From Ramazzottius varieornatus (Eukaryota; Animalia; Tardigrada), in contig BDGG01000003.1 in the NCBI GenBank assembly GCA_001949185.1, positions 5,143,092 to 5,207,091 on the forward strand: a stretch of DNA of 64,000 bases. The letters run 5' to 3'. Made by a program: the position numbers and the translations under genes. Positions within the stretch are counted from its first letter, which is position 1, and every line of letters starts with the position of its first letter. This document shows positions 24,575-38,218 of the stretch, piece after piece. Below the pieces are notes generated by a model, which saw only the letters and a list, made by a program, of their open reading frames with translations, ran no database searches and was not told the origin of the DNA.

Positions 24575-27500
24575 CTATGTTGGATAAGTCTTTAACGCGT
24601 TCTGGCGCGGCCATCCATGGGAAGATGATCCTGCGACCCGGTTATAGCTGTCATCTGCTGTTGATCTTCTGCCGAAAGCTGAAATGCTCATGCCGGCCAG
24701 TCCTCGGACGTAATTTTCATTAATCAGCCACCAAGAGACTTCGTCCGAAGATTTTCTGGAAAATAAAGAAGGTTACTAGAATACATGTCTCCATTTATTC
24801 AGGATTTCAGCTGGTTGTAACGGACAACAACTGTACTTTCTTATGTGCGCGAGGATGACAGTCATGAAGGAAAGGACTACAATCAAGGAAACAGCGCAAG
24901 CCACAGCCGTTTCGACGTAGTGTGTGCTTTCTGTAATTACTCAACTTCATCAATAACAACAGTACGCAGTATACCATAGATTGGTTGAGATAACGATGGA
25001 ATAAACGACTGATGCTATCCATGGTAGTTTGTTTGGCGGTTATTAACCCACCCTAACTATTCAGAGTTGTGATCCACTGCCCCCCTTATGAGTGACGTTG
25101 CAGCCCATTTTGGCTACAGTTACAAATTTTTTGCCTTGTCGTTTCGGCAAATTATATCTCGCGTGATGCTAGCTGCGTAGTGCTTACTTACTGGTCGAGC
25201 ATACAGGATTTTTTCCGTCGTAGCCACAAACGGGGCGGTCTGGTACCGGCCAAACTGGTCCAGGCCATTCTATGGCATTTACCTCGCGCATTCCAAACGG
25301 ATCGGCTTGCATGTTCTGGAGCAACTGTCGTACACAAAAGAGATCCGTTATGTTTCGTGATACTGTACGAGTGCTGGCCACCCGGGGTGGAAATGCGAGC
25401 CTACTGAAAGTTTGCCATTCTGAGCGAACTGCTGCAAGGTGTAATCCCCGCCATATACTGCGCCAATCCGGTCGAACTTCAATCTTCCCGTCCGCAAGTG
25501 AAAATTTCGGTTGTAGAATCTCTGGGCAACGTGGGCACCATCATATCGCCATTCCGTTGGAGGGGACTGCAGTAGTTCCGTTGACACCTGTTTTAAAGTG
25601 CAGGGATATTTGTGTAAGTGATGCAACAAAAGTACGGGCGAAGTGTTGTAAACTTGCCGCCTCATACCGGGTTTGTAAAGTTAGCCCTCGCTGAAGCTTC
25701 TATTGCTTGATTGACTTTTTGATTGTCAGTCTTGGCTTTCAACATGGTATTTCAACATTTTTCTAATTTCTGATCCCTTGGATTCGGCACGTTCTAAACC
25801 CTGGGCCTGGCAATTGTACTTGGAACTTGTAATTGTAATTTGTAATTGTAATTTATATCTGTATTTTGTACCTGTAACTTGTAATGTTAAGAAAAATTCT
25901 GTGAAGATGGGTGGCGAACTGATGAGTGAAACATTCGGGATGCTGGAAGATAGAATGTGCAGGATCATTGGATCAAGTGGCGCACGGTGCCAGCCAGTGT
26001 CGATGAAAATTTGCGCCACTGAGATAACAGTCACGCACGCGCTGTTTTCCGGCCTCCGTTCCAGGAACAACGACTTTGACGTTTTGTACATACTTGTCCT
26101 GACTCTTTTGATCGACAATAAACAAAATTCTCAAAGGGGCTGAAATATTATGAGGACTGGAATATTTCAGACATATCTTTCGTAAGATTTCTGTGTAGCA
26201 CACCAAGATCCTTTTCATCAGTGACAGTACAGTGCCGAGCAGCGAGCCTTACTCAGCTGTTGTCGAAAACTAACCCGAAAACGTTTTTCAAATTTTAGCA
26301 GACAGTCTGGAAGTTGCTCTCTGAATAGCGGAAGAAACCAATGCATGCCTGGGCAAAAATTCTTTGAAGGTAGTGTCATCATCCCGACAGTAAGCTCTTT
26401 CGCAGTTGCCGGTTGGCGCCGAAACTGATTGCACCGGAATACCATACTTTCGACGTCAAGTTCAATTCGTATAATAATATTTTATAACCTATTCCATGGA
26501 CAGTCAAGGATTTTCGCCCAGACTGTGGAGAAGGTTTTCATTTAGCTTTGTGCTGGCATTTCAGCTTCGAATGCAGAGGATGAACCTACCTCCGTTGTCA
26601 GAATGGTAGACAAGCCGCTATTTTAATTTCTTCTGTCACTGATGGATGGGCTCATGTACGAAATACTGTGAGAGTTGCTCGATTTGTTCCGGGAACGGGA
26701 GGCTGAAACCAGCGCGTGTACAACCGTCATATCAGTGGCGTAAGTATTCATCAGTACTGGCTGGCAACGTGCGCCACTTGATACACTAATCTTGCACATT
26801 CTATCTTCCGGCATCCCGAATGTTTCACTCATCAGTTTTCCAACCATTTTCACAGAATTTTGCTGAACTTCACAAGTTACAAGTACAGAATACAGATACA
26901 AATTACAATTACAAATAACAATTACAAGTTCCAAGTACAAGTGCCAGGCCCAGGGTTTAGAACGTGCCCTTGGATTCTCTAAATACTCGTGTTGACTGAA
27001 CCCAATATTGTTCGAATAATAGCCCACTATTTCATCTATCGATCTCTCCATAAACGTTTGGGATTTAGTAGGAGAGAACAGGCGAACCTGGACGGCTAAC
27101 GTTACAACCTCTCTCTCGTAGTTTTCAGAGTTTAACGTGCACTCAACCGCGTATGGGTCTATGTTGCTCATTTTGAACCGGCGTTACCTGTATGTCCTCT
27201 ATGAGCCTCACCCAATCACTGTTTACTGATCACGTGGCTGAGTGCTCGTTAAACTCTTACTACAGCAATGGTTTGCTCTTAGATGTAGAAGTCAGACATC
27301 AAGATCGCAGGCGGTTACATCACGCTCCATTCCACTGCAGCCTTTGCGGGGAACAGTTGTTTGGAAAATGGATATCGGCATACGAGAATGCGTCCAAAGT
27401 GTTTTTCTCCGAATCAGTATTCTAATTGGCTTTGATGACCCTGACGTCAGGGCACTACCCGATGTGTCAGTTGTTTCAATATACCGCACCCATGAGTGCG

Positions 27501-30500
27501 CTGCGTGGACCAAGCTAAACTGGCTTGACGTGACCCCATTTCGAGCCGCAGTCAAGTAATATACAGTACATAATCAAACTATTTTTCCTCGCAAAGGCTG
27601 TTTGGGCTGAGGCAAAGCTGACAGGGAAATTCCGTCAAGCCGGTCACTGCGATTCTCATACCAATATGGCACTAAAATGGAGTAGAGTCTACTCTGTGAA
27701 CTAGGATGGTTTGTACCGGTCGAAATAATACCGGGAAGCACCAAATAAAATCAGGAACCGGGGAAAAAATGCCCGACAAACAGCGTTCTGACGTAACACA
27801 TTTTAATTTGATTCTTTGATTGCCAGCACGATGGTCAGCTGATCGGCGGGGCTTCTGTGTGGAACTCCTGACGGCGAGCAAGATAATCAGAGTTAATCAG
27901 CTGTTTACATCTCTGTCAATCAAGAGCATCAGTCAAAAGATGCTACGTCATCGGAGCGGAATCGTCCGCCAAAGTACGACAATCTTGCCCTTCTTCCCGC
28001 ATTGTGGGGTAGCATCCAGATATTATTTTCTCCAATGCAGTCCATTCCTGATTATATTGATAGAACGAACTCCCTCTCCGCCATATCGATTTGAGGATCA
28101 GAATGTCCGGGATTCCCTTGTGAGCACGAGTCGCGGTGCATTGGTACGTACTTGCGCAGTTATCATCAGCATTGCATAAGCAGCCGGCAGGTGGAAGTTC
28201 TGCAAATGAAAGTCCGATAAGTAATTGAAAACAGTAGCACCTGTAGGGTAGGTATGTCTAGACCGGGTTGTGGATCTTGGTGTAGTTTGGTCAAGACCTC
28301 GCATCGTGGGGTCATGACCAAACGACCCTGTTTTGCTCGACCCCGAGTCTTTCGGTCGAGTCAAAGGAGTTATGGTCCATGCGTAAGGCATTCCGTCGAA
28401 CAAACAACCCCATGGTGAGCGACCCGGCCCGGCCGGACCTACCCTGAGCACCTGCGTTGCCAAAGCAGAAAATGTAGCCTGGGAGCGACCGAAAAATTGT
28501 TTCTGTAAATTTCAGAAATTTCTTTACCTCGACGTCTTTCGCGTAAGATGTATTGAACTTCGCTAGGGACGCATTGCGCCACCCCTCGCGTAGATAGTAT
28601 CCGTCAGTACCGAAAGGCGGGAACGCTTCGCTCTTATCGGGCTCAACAAGCAGAAGTGAAGAGTAAGCATGTTTTGTCATCTGAAATCGGTGAGAATGAG
28701 CGGATTTCATGACATACGAGCCGTTGCTTGAGAGCGCTGCTTAAAACACAATGGTATGCTCTGAAAATTCAACGACGCTCCCAGAGAGGGCTTTGAACTT
28801 TACGAAGGCTTTGAGTTCCGCTTGGCTGTAACGGTTTCGTTGAAATCTACGGTGAGCCTTCAGAGCGGACGAACATCCTTATAAAGTAACGGAGTAGTCA
28901 GCTTGGCGGCCCATGCTCAGCTGGGTCAATGATACCACCGTGGCAAATAAAAAAATCTAAACCGTAGGGTCAAGGGGTTACTCTCGGCCAAAAGACTTGA
29001 TCAAAACGCTTGGCCCCAACTAAGCGAATCAACTACTTCCACTGACCCGAAACATTAATGAAGGGTTTTGGATACCAGCACCGACCCAGAACCCTCCTAC
29101 AGTTAGGATTCTCTGATTTATGTCGGCAATGTTTGCAATTGGCTTATTCCCCCAACGATCTAGTATTAAACTCTGGAGTTTATCACTAGATCGTCGGGGG
29201 AATATGCCACTTTGTGAAAGTCGATTGGCCGCTCCAGCAAGCTGCAGTGACATATAGCGTTTTGATTGAGAGTTTGATCGATCATGCTGCAGCCCCGGCA
29301 ATCAGCTGTTTGGAGAGACTGGACTAGATAATGTGCTTTGGCGCATCGGAGCTGATTTTGGTTCACTGTTCGGTGCGCCGGCTGATCAATCTGTTTCAAA
29401 TGCTTTCAATCAGCACTCTCGATCAAAGAGTTTCAAGTCACCGGAGCATGCTGGATCATCCTGGAGTGGTCAATCGACTCTCACGTGCGAGTCCTGTAGT
29501 TTATTCCAGGATCGCCGGGGAATTTAGCTACCTATCTCAGATCATAGAAGAAAGTCTCCTCTATCGTCTCGCCGGGACGGTTCAGCTATTGGAATGTCGG
29601 GTAAGGCATAATTCCCTCGTCAGTCGGCCACAGTGGATAGAACGGCAGCGCTCCGCCTGTCTTCCGCTGGCCGCTAAGGTTAAGGATAGGGGGAAGAGAA
29701 GAGGGGTGAGGAGGAAGGGTGGAAAAGGTTGAGATGGGGTTAAAGTTGAGTGTGCAGATGTTGTTTAGCCCAATAACGCAGACTTCTTCGAGTAGTCTTA
29801 GATTGTCCTTACTTTGTGTATTTCTTCCTTCGCTCGGCCTTATTAGTGGTGTGCGACCAATTGCTAGTTAGCCGGTTCATGTTTCGTGATGGTCTAGAAG
29901 TTCGTGCTGTAAGTGCTGATCACAAGGGATACTTTTGGCATCGGGTCTGTCTAAAAGGATCGTCAGGATAGTGGGTGGGATATCTGGGCGGTTTGCGTAC
30001 CGATCAGGCGATCGATATGACATCACAGTCAACATCCAAAACTCTCCGTGTCAGTCGGATTATTTCCATTCACTCCGTGCCAGAAGTGCATTTTGTGATT
30101 AACACTTTACAGTATCTATGGCTTTTCTACGAAAAACTGAAAGCGACTTGTTCATTTCAACTTGAATGAAGGTGTGCGGTGTCGGTGACCTCCGAGGCGT
30201 TACGCAATCTACAGTGCGGCGAATCAAACTTGTCCTAATTTATTCCAAAAATTCAGTCGCCTTTGGTAGTAGATTCTACGATCAGTCATAATTTTTACGA
30301 GAATGCCCTAACTTTCTGTTATCAGATACTAGCCTGTTATAGATACTAGCCAGATATCTCGTGTCTGATAAGAATATCCGGAATGCCGAACCAAAACTTT
30401 AACGGCTCAACGTAAAAAGCGGCGGTCGAACTGCTTGTTCCATCATTTCGCAAAACGATTTTTGAGTTTAGAAAACTGATCTAACGCAGTTCAACCAAGC

Positions 30501-33500
30501 CGCTGATGCAGAAAGTTGGGCAGTTGGAGCTAAGGGTGGAAAGTATGGCCGAGATCCTTCAGCCTGAATTTAGCTAGAATTTAAAACTCCGGAAACAGTT
30601 GCGGTTTGCCCCGATCACTACCCGCAAATGTAAAAAGGACGGCAGGCCGACGACAGATCAGTTAACTAGGATGCTATCAAAAAAGCTTTGTACCTTGGAA
30701 GATGGGTCTTCTTTCGAGTTTATAAGGGGGGTTAAAAAAATCCACGGTGATTTTCCGGACAAGTTAGCTTCGCCGCACTATAGAAGGCGGATAATCCTCC
30801 GTAAAGCTACCAGCGGCGTGCGTCTGGTGCCATAATAGACATTTTTACGATGCCCAGTTGCCGACGGCTTGGCACAAACCATAGATAACTTATATGTCTA
30901 GGAAATTTACCTACCTGGTCCTGATGATCGTTGTACTTCCAGCCGAAGTTGCCGAAGAGGGGATGACGAGAGATGATGGCCAGCAGATGCACCTGAGCAA
31001 AAGGTGATATCTTCTACGTATATCTCCTCGGATAGCTGTCGACCACTTCGCTTTCTTCTTATACTAGCACAATCGTTTAAACGTTTACGTCAACTTACGT
31101 GCTGTCCTTGCGTCATGTTCACACCATCTGCCGCAAGCTACAGTAAATTCGCGTGGATCAGTGAAAGCATGCTTCGCACGAAAGGGCCTAGCTCGACCAG
31201 AGTTTTGTTACAATATATCGAATGTACTCTCGGATGTACAAGCAGCCGTCGACGCACTTGTAAAAAATCGACGGATTCGATGACGTCAAAAGCTACTGTC
31301 TGTTTGATGTTATTGTCTGTCTACTGATGACCCAGGACAGCAGAAGGCACTGTCCTGGGTCATCGCCATCCCATGATTTTTGCTTGTAGTTCGATATCTT
31401 TTGACCTCTTCATTCAATTTTGGAAATTTAAACGCTGTCGTGTGGAAGACACTTTTGGCTTTTAAGCCACGTGACATACTTTTTGCTTTTTCCAATCAAT
31501 CGCCCGGTGCGCACTGGTCATACAAACACGGAAATCGGGCTTGTTTCTTGCGCCTGCTCACAGGTCACGTCGGAGGTTTCGGAATTTGAATTTCCTACAT
31601 GGATGCACGAACATTGACGTACGTATGGCCTCTGTACAAATCTGATCCTTTTCTACTTCTCTCCATACGGTAACTCTGGTCGGCGAGGCTCGTGCACGAT
31701 CATGCGCCGAGTTAATTAGTATCAAACCAATAGTACCATCAGTTTCCGCATGGTTCCTCCAAAGACGAAGTAGATTGCAACTACAAAATTGCACATGTGT
31801 AAGTTTCTTCCTTGGCTTCGCTTACGTCTAGTTATCTACTGTCCGCGATGCTCAAACGAACCTTTTGCTAAACGGGAATCCAGAGGTTCATCTTTTTGTA
31901 AAATAAGTTTCCACAACGGTTGAACATCTCTTTAGATTACTCGAAAAACAGAGATCGATTCTCATTGAACGGATGTGCAACTGCCAGCGCGGCAGGCAGG
32001 ATGTGCAGAATCAGGGTTAATGACGAATAATGATTTTAAAAAGGTTTTTCCCAAAAACTTAAACGTGAAAAATATTTTGCATGTGAAACTCGTTTGAAAG
32101 AAGCAGCCGATGCAATTCTCAAGTTGCGATAGATGTTCAAAATTCGCGATACCGTTTTGACGATTGAAGGTTAACTCATATTTTTATGACCCTACTGTGT
32201 ACGGAACCCCATATAGGGGCGTATTGCATATGGTCAGGTAGCACATTCATCTGCTCATAAGACCGTAGACATTGCGGAACATGCCGTGCCACAGGACTTC
32301 TCTTTACGGATGTCTTTTCCGGAACTACCGAATTCGGCTAGACGTCCCATTAACGTTGACAAGCGTTCCGCATTGTCATTCCACCATGCTTCCACTAGAC
32401 AGTAAAAATTTCATTGTCATGTGAAAGACGGTGGGGAAATCACCGGAGAATTATGGCCACATTTTCAATAAGTCGCACTTCTTTTAAGCTGAAGTAGCAT
32501 ACCGCGCGACTTCTTGACTGTCGACTCACCTCGGGTAACCCTGTCGAGCTCCGTCATGACAGCGGTGAAATTTGTGTCGGACGAAAACCCATCGACTTTC
32601 AACAAAGTGAAGTTAGTCCTAAAGGAAGCACTTAGCCCTTTATGCACCTCAAGACAAAATGAAAGCGCACTGGGGCGTTTCGCTTCGCAGACGAAGGCAA
32701 CAGTCGTCCAGTTGAAATGCTCGAGCAATCCACGGAATGTCTTCGTGAACGTCACAATCCAGTTCGTGCCTCCAGTGACATCGAGTCGTGTTGGCCACTT
32801 CACTTTATTCTCCAGATCGGCCACCGGTACGGTACTACAAAAGACAGCCCACGTAGTACAGATTAGTCATACCGTACGGAGATTCTTTCCACCGCAGTGC
32901 AAAGTTCGTAATGTATCAAAACAAGGAACCTGGCCAAAAATACCAGCCCTGCCCCTGGGAAGTGTGGAACAGCTGGGGAACCGCACTGCCGAGCCTAACG
33001 TCGCAGCTCAAACTGATGAGTTATAGCCTTATGTAGCGTACAATTCAGTCGTTTATCATACTATGCCGATTTCCCTGACTGCCCCGCCCGGACAGATCAG
33101 TTGTTGCGGGCAAAATGGTTTCTCTCCCATTGTCATTTCTAGTTGTTGTCCACATGGAGACCTGTGGCTGAATAAGCAATCGATTTGCAAGACCTCCAGA
33201 AGTCTATAGAGGTTAACTCGTTCACTTATGCGGTTGAGATCCCATAGCACAGGATGCAGAGGCATAACTGCCGGGGAATCCACGCCGAAACCTCCGAATT
33301 TTCTCTTACTCACGCTTGATGATCAAACTAATTTCGTAAGCAGTTTTCTACTCCAACTGGTTTTGCAAGCAAGCTTGACGGCCTGTATTGGTGAGTAGAC
33401 AGTACGGCGATCGGCAGAAAACGATGTCCAGAAAATCTGACTTTGGAGCTAGAAATCAAAGTGTCGTTGGTTTCCATATCCTTTCCGTAAAGGTTTTTCA

Positions 33501-35835
33501 CAATGTCCAGCCTTCAATAGCAAGCAGCTGTCTAGCCCTTCAAGACAAGCAGCCTCGATGATACACCAAACAAGCCCTGAAGGACGCGCTATCTGCTGGG
33601 ATTACGCTGAGCAGCTCCAGTCTTCAAAGTTCGGCGCAGCACCGTCCTGAGTTTTACCGAATATACCACACAATAAATATTAATATGACATGTTTTAGCT
33701 CTTCGGCCCAATGTCCAGCACGTACATAAAGCAGTGCAGCCTTCGATGCTGGTTCTTACTAGTAGCAAAAATCACCTGCCCGTGCCGCCGTAGCGAAAAG
33801 GCCTGGTCCATAATTTTTACTGCCCATAATATCTCGTCGTGCGTGTACTCAAAACCATACCACTGATCGCAGGTAGACTATCCACAAAGCGTTTTCTGTT
33901 ATCCATGCTCAGAAAGGTTCTATCACCAAACGTTGCCCCAATATTTCACTCAAAAGCGAAACAGACATTGAAAGTCCAAAATATAGTTTTATCTCTCTCT
34001 CACACGGTTTTCGGGAGGCATAAATAATTTTTTTCCTGTTCGAATTGCATTATGTTGGAGAGAGATCTTCTCGAAAAGGTCGTCGTACTCAATACCAAAG
34101 ATCGCTACACTCATTACTGAAAGTCGGCATACTCGTTACCTCTCCGACTACAATTTCATGCGACATCCCCCATAATTAGGTTGGTTAATTCAGGTGTATC
34201 CGCTTTGGTCTGCGTAACTGCTCAACGGATGAGCGTGTTTTGATACAGTTGACGATAAGTACATCCGTCTGAGCCGCAAAGTCAATGGAAAACATTCAGT
34301 TTCTCCAGCTGTTTGTCACATTATAATTTTCCGGCGGCGTGGTTCTCTACCGCTAGTAAATCGGCCAAACTGCGCTTTCTTATCGTGACAAAAAGTCATG
34401 AGATGAGGGGCTGTACAGACTGAGGCTAATAGAAAGCTGACAACATGAGCCAGAAAGCTGAGGGTGCTCCCAGCCGGCCAAAATTTGCCCGGATGAATGG
34501 AACTTATACCATTTGTTTGAAAGGCAAAGGGGAAAGTGACCAGGACACCACATGAAAAGTCTTGTGAGCAGTAAATAAAGGAGCGTTGATCATCGGATTA
34601 GCCAGAAGACTCATCATGCTGGGGTTTTGGCCCCTGCCCTCCACAGTCTGGCCCACTGAGGTCGTTCGAATCCCGCGCTGACGCCTGACAAGGAGCGATT
34701 GTCGGCTGATAATTTGATCAGCCAGCCGAGAACTACCCGAGAACTACACCTAATTCTAGTGGTCGACTAGCTCTTGACCTCTTAAGCCTTAAATCAAGTG
34801 ATGGAGCAGTTTCCACAAGTTCTACCTCTACCACTGGCTGCTGACCTATAATTTTCTGTACTTTCCCGTTTCTATTGCGCGAAAACGATTCTCCTCGATG
34901 CCAGTTATGACGATTTGCCCAAGGAGACTCGTTGTTTCAAAAAACGGGTGCAACGAGAGCTATCGCACTAATGGGTTGCACTAATGGATTTTCTGACAAC
35001 TTGAGAACGTTGTCCGACTAACTGAAACGGCTCGGCCAAACGAAGAAAAGAAGACGGACTCAGGACGTGGCGCCCCAACTCTAGGGGGTCTCAAAATTAT
35101 CGGACCCTTCCCGACCGTCTAGGGATACTCTGCAGCAAGTAACGTCGTAAAGGCCTGTTGCGATAATTCGCCAGTACTGAGATCTCAGCTATGACACGGA
35201 AAAGGCGTGGTAGAAAAACGCCGTCTGTTGGCATCTGTAGTCCGACATAAGAGTCGACAGAGTGTTCCTAGTATACCTCGTTATGGTTAGCGAGAAAAGC
35301 AGGATTGAATGAATCAAGCTACCTATTTAGTCAGACATAGGTCAGACTTGCCGACCACCGACCGCTAGTCAGACGCTAATTCAGCCATAATTACCTGAGG
35401 AGAAACTTGCGGAGTCCGGTGGCCAGGACTGCACTAGCGTGTCCATCGCAGTCTATCGGCGAGACGCAGCTTGAATAGTGCCAACCAGCGTAAGCCAATA
35501 TGTTGATACAAATGTTTCAAACCTGCTGCACTGCTGGTAAAGACGGTAAGATTAACTTTCCCCCGTTTAGCCTCGTTCGAGTAATAGAACTCGGCCAACA
35601 TATCGTCGCTGACAGGCATCAGATCCGCGCAGCGCGTAATCGCTGGATCCGTCACGAAGTGATGTGATACACTCAACTGCGGATACAGCTTTTCAATGTC
35701 CTCCAAAGCAGACTGGTAAGGCGGTTGCACCAAGAAGTAACTGCCCATTTCCGAAGCTCCATACGTGATCAAAGTGATCACCTCCACATGGAATATAGCT
35801 GTCAGAGCATTGCTTGTGGTTTGTTGAAGATGCAT
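24575..35835 (-). CDS. NPR/receptor guanylyl cyclase-like ectodomain + TM + short tail (gene A)
   Basis: Approximate exons: 35835-35522 (HVEVITLITYG..PPYQSALEDI..C), 32835-32530 (LLEHFNWTTVAFVC), 31780-31735, 28682-28527 (AYSSLLLVE), 28205-28150, 25588-25405 (FYNRNFHLRTGRLKFD) and 25345-25190 (IEWPGPVWPVPDRPVCGYDGKNPVC). TM exon ~24932-24836 (AVACAVSLIVVLSFMTVILA). Last exon KSSDEVSWWLINE...YPT*. Exon boundaries are approximate and not every exon was verified intact. Confidence 0.75.
25786..26968. mobile_element. Mutator-like (MULE/foldback) non-autonomous element with ~290-bp TIRs and 9-bp TSD CTTGGATTC
   Basis: TSD at 25777-25785 and 26969-26977. TIRs begin ggcacgttctaaaccctgggcctggca; each contains a ttgtaa microsatellite and one GTGGCG(C/T)A-N27-TGCGCCAC dyad. 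Confidence 0.88.
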
Positions 35836-38218
35836 CTTGTGGAGCTTGCTGTTTCACGAACTTGCAAGGAGAAAAGTGCTAACTTTATTTAAAAACATCT
35901 GATCAGCACGGAAGTGCTACAGTGTCAGGAGTAAGGTGCAGCGCGGTGCTGCTGTAAACGGAACATGGTTTAGGAGATCCAGAGACCATTACCGGCAGTC
36001 AAAATGTATTCAATCCCAGCGAACTTGGTCGCAATGGATGGTTCAGTCCGGCCGAGATGTGCGTATCACCCACTTTGAATTCATCTCTAGTAGGAGGGCG
36101 GATAATTGTCAATTACCGCGTCGTAAAGAAAAGGAAGTATGCCGTTAATGATAACCATTAGCATGAATGAAAAGCTAAAAAGCGATCAATTAAAGGTTTT
36201 TTCTCAACGCTGACGTTATACACCACCTCCGGACGTATCTCGCCACTCACAACTAACGGGCTCCTCAATTGCGCGAAAGGTCACTAAGTCATCAACACCA
36301 AAACTTATCGGCAGCACGAACACCTCACCAGAACAAACAGCATACTCAACGGCAGATTTCAGACGGCGATCACTTCCCTTTTATCAGTTGGTCGAAAGTA
36401 GAAATGCCACCACAGCACACTTTTAAGTGACTTAAAAATAGTGATGCTGTGGGTAAAATTACGTCGTGTACGCCGTGAATACGTTTGCGCACCGTGGCTA
36501 CGCGAGTGGCGTTTTCCCACTTAAATCAGGCTTCGTGGTTTTATCACTGCACAATAAGCGGAATAAATGGGTGGTTCTGTGTTGTCTGCCTCGATGGATC
36601 AGGTTCCGCCGGTTCTGCCGTAGCAATAGGAAGTCTGTCTGTTGGCCAATGTGAATATGTGAAATAAGCGCGCCCGTAATCTGTATCGGAATACGAGCGA
36701 ATAAGCGGAACAAGTGGGAATGTGCGCAATGATATGCCAGCGAGACAGATAAGGCACGCATAAAGGTTCGATTTTTCGGATTGCTCTCTATACGTGGTCT
36801 AGTGTATATGACTGTGTCATATTTGACCGGCCTAGAGAGTAAGGAGGCACTGAGCCGCCGTTTTAGTCGCTCTGCATCTGTTCCAGAGTTGCTCCGATAT
36901 GCCTTTTTCCATTTTACTTGCAATTTAACTGCAATTACAAATAAAAGAAGTCCCTGACGTGGTCTTATTTTAAATTGCTGGTACATCCCCTTGACCAGAT
37001 TATCAATTACAATTAATTTACATGCGGCCTTTAATTTTCATCTCACTCCTGGATCCCGATTCACTTTCATCGAAATATCAACCCGAAATTTGTAATTTGA
37101 ATTGTTACTGTATTCCCTCGAAAGTTCTGCGAATCAGGTGACTGTCGTGGTAAATATCATCCGGCGGGGAACAGAAAGTATTTATACCTTCAATCAAAGA
37201 CTGCTCCCCAGTCAAGTGTAATGATGGGCGACAATCAAACAATCAAGGATACCAGTGCGGGTGTAATTTACTGGCAAGATGACGTAATTCGCAGAACTAT
37301 CAGAATTCCAATACCTCCAAAATGGGTCATTTTCGATTATGAGTTGTAATACTCGGAACAACATTGTAGTGAGTCTGTTCTAGGCTTAGCGCGGGCAAGA
37401 CAATTAATGTAATTGGCTTCGGGCAGTGATTCGGAGAGACTCCTTCCAACGGACTCTTTCATACGTCTAGCACCACGGAGAACCATTAAACACATTCAGG
37501 CAATTACGCGTGAGCTTCGGGTAACCCGGGAAATGCGGGCAATTATGGTATGAATTGATTATTGCTCGAAGCTAATTGCTTAGAGTTGTCTTACTTCAGC
37601 CTACTCCGTACTCCGTTTAAAGTGCGAGCTGAACATCACATTGCGAAGTTTTCAGCTTTTAGGCCGCTCGGTGGCGACACCTCCTGTCGCCTCACCTACC
37701 GCAACTAATAAACGTGACAGGCACGCCCCTAGCTGATCGCTATAAGATTTCCCACAGACTTTTCAACACTGGAGAAACTTCTCTTCCTGTAAGACCCGCC
37801 CAGAGACTTCCTGTGCTCCTTTGCTCCGGGACCAGTGCGGTTGAATATCACAAGGTTTTTTCTATGTAGGAAACCGAGAAGCAGACAGAACGGCCCAGTA
37901 CTCCGTGAAATCCGACGCCGACAACTTCGCCATGCGATTTTAGACTGACAAGTCCGCTTTCTTTTCGTCGTAATCAATCAAGTGTGCGCGGTGCAAGTGT
38001 GGAACAACTGTGTTGTAATGATAGGACAGTTCAAGTCTGGAAAACACGCTCAGGTGTAAATCGAGATAGTGAAACCCATAAAGGTCGGATGGCGCAGTGT
38101 ACACCCGCCATGTAAGAGGATGACATAAGTTCGATTCCCATTTCTGGCAAACTTTCAGTTTCGCAGTGAGACTGACGCCGGGAAAAGCCGCGGCCTGTCT
38201 ACCACAGTATAAGGCGCG

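Larger units (their letters stand above)
3097..26785. repeat. Dispersed dyad family GTGGCGCA-N27-TGCGCCAC (23 copies)
   Basis: Left half-sites start at 3105, 3189, 4433, 4496, 4559, 5094, 5667, 6747, 6930, 7554, 7638, 8191, 8272, 9271, 12079, 12163, 12931, 13370, 18314, 18391, 23621, 25977 and 26735. Spacers counted by hand are 27 nt in 21 copies and 26 nt in two (4559, 18314). Approximate consensus: YCAAGTGGCGCACGYTTYCAG-TGTTATTGG-CTGRAARCGTGCGCCACTTGR. Confidence 0.93.

Noticed and set aside
34620-34690. tRNA or SINE suggested by the GTTCGAATCC B-box
   Set aside because: No A-box, D-arm or cloverleaf could be built.
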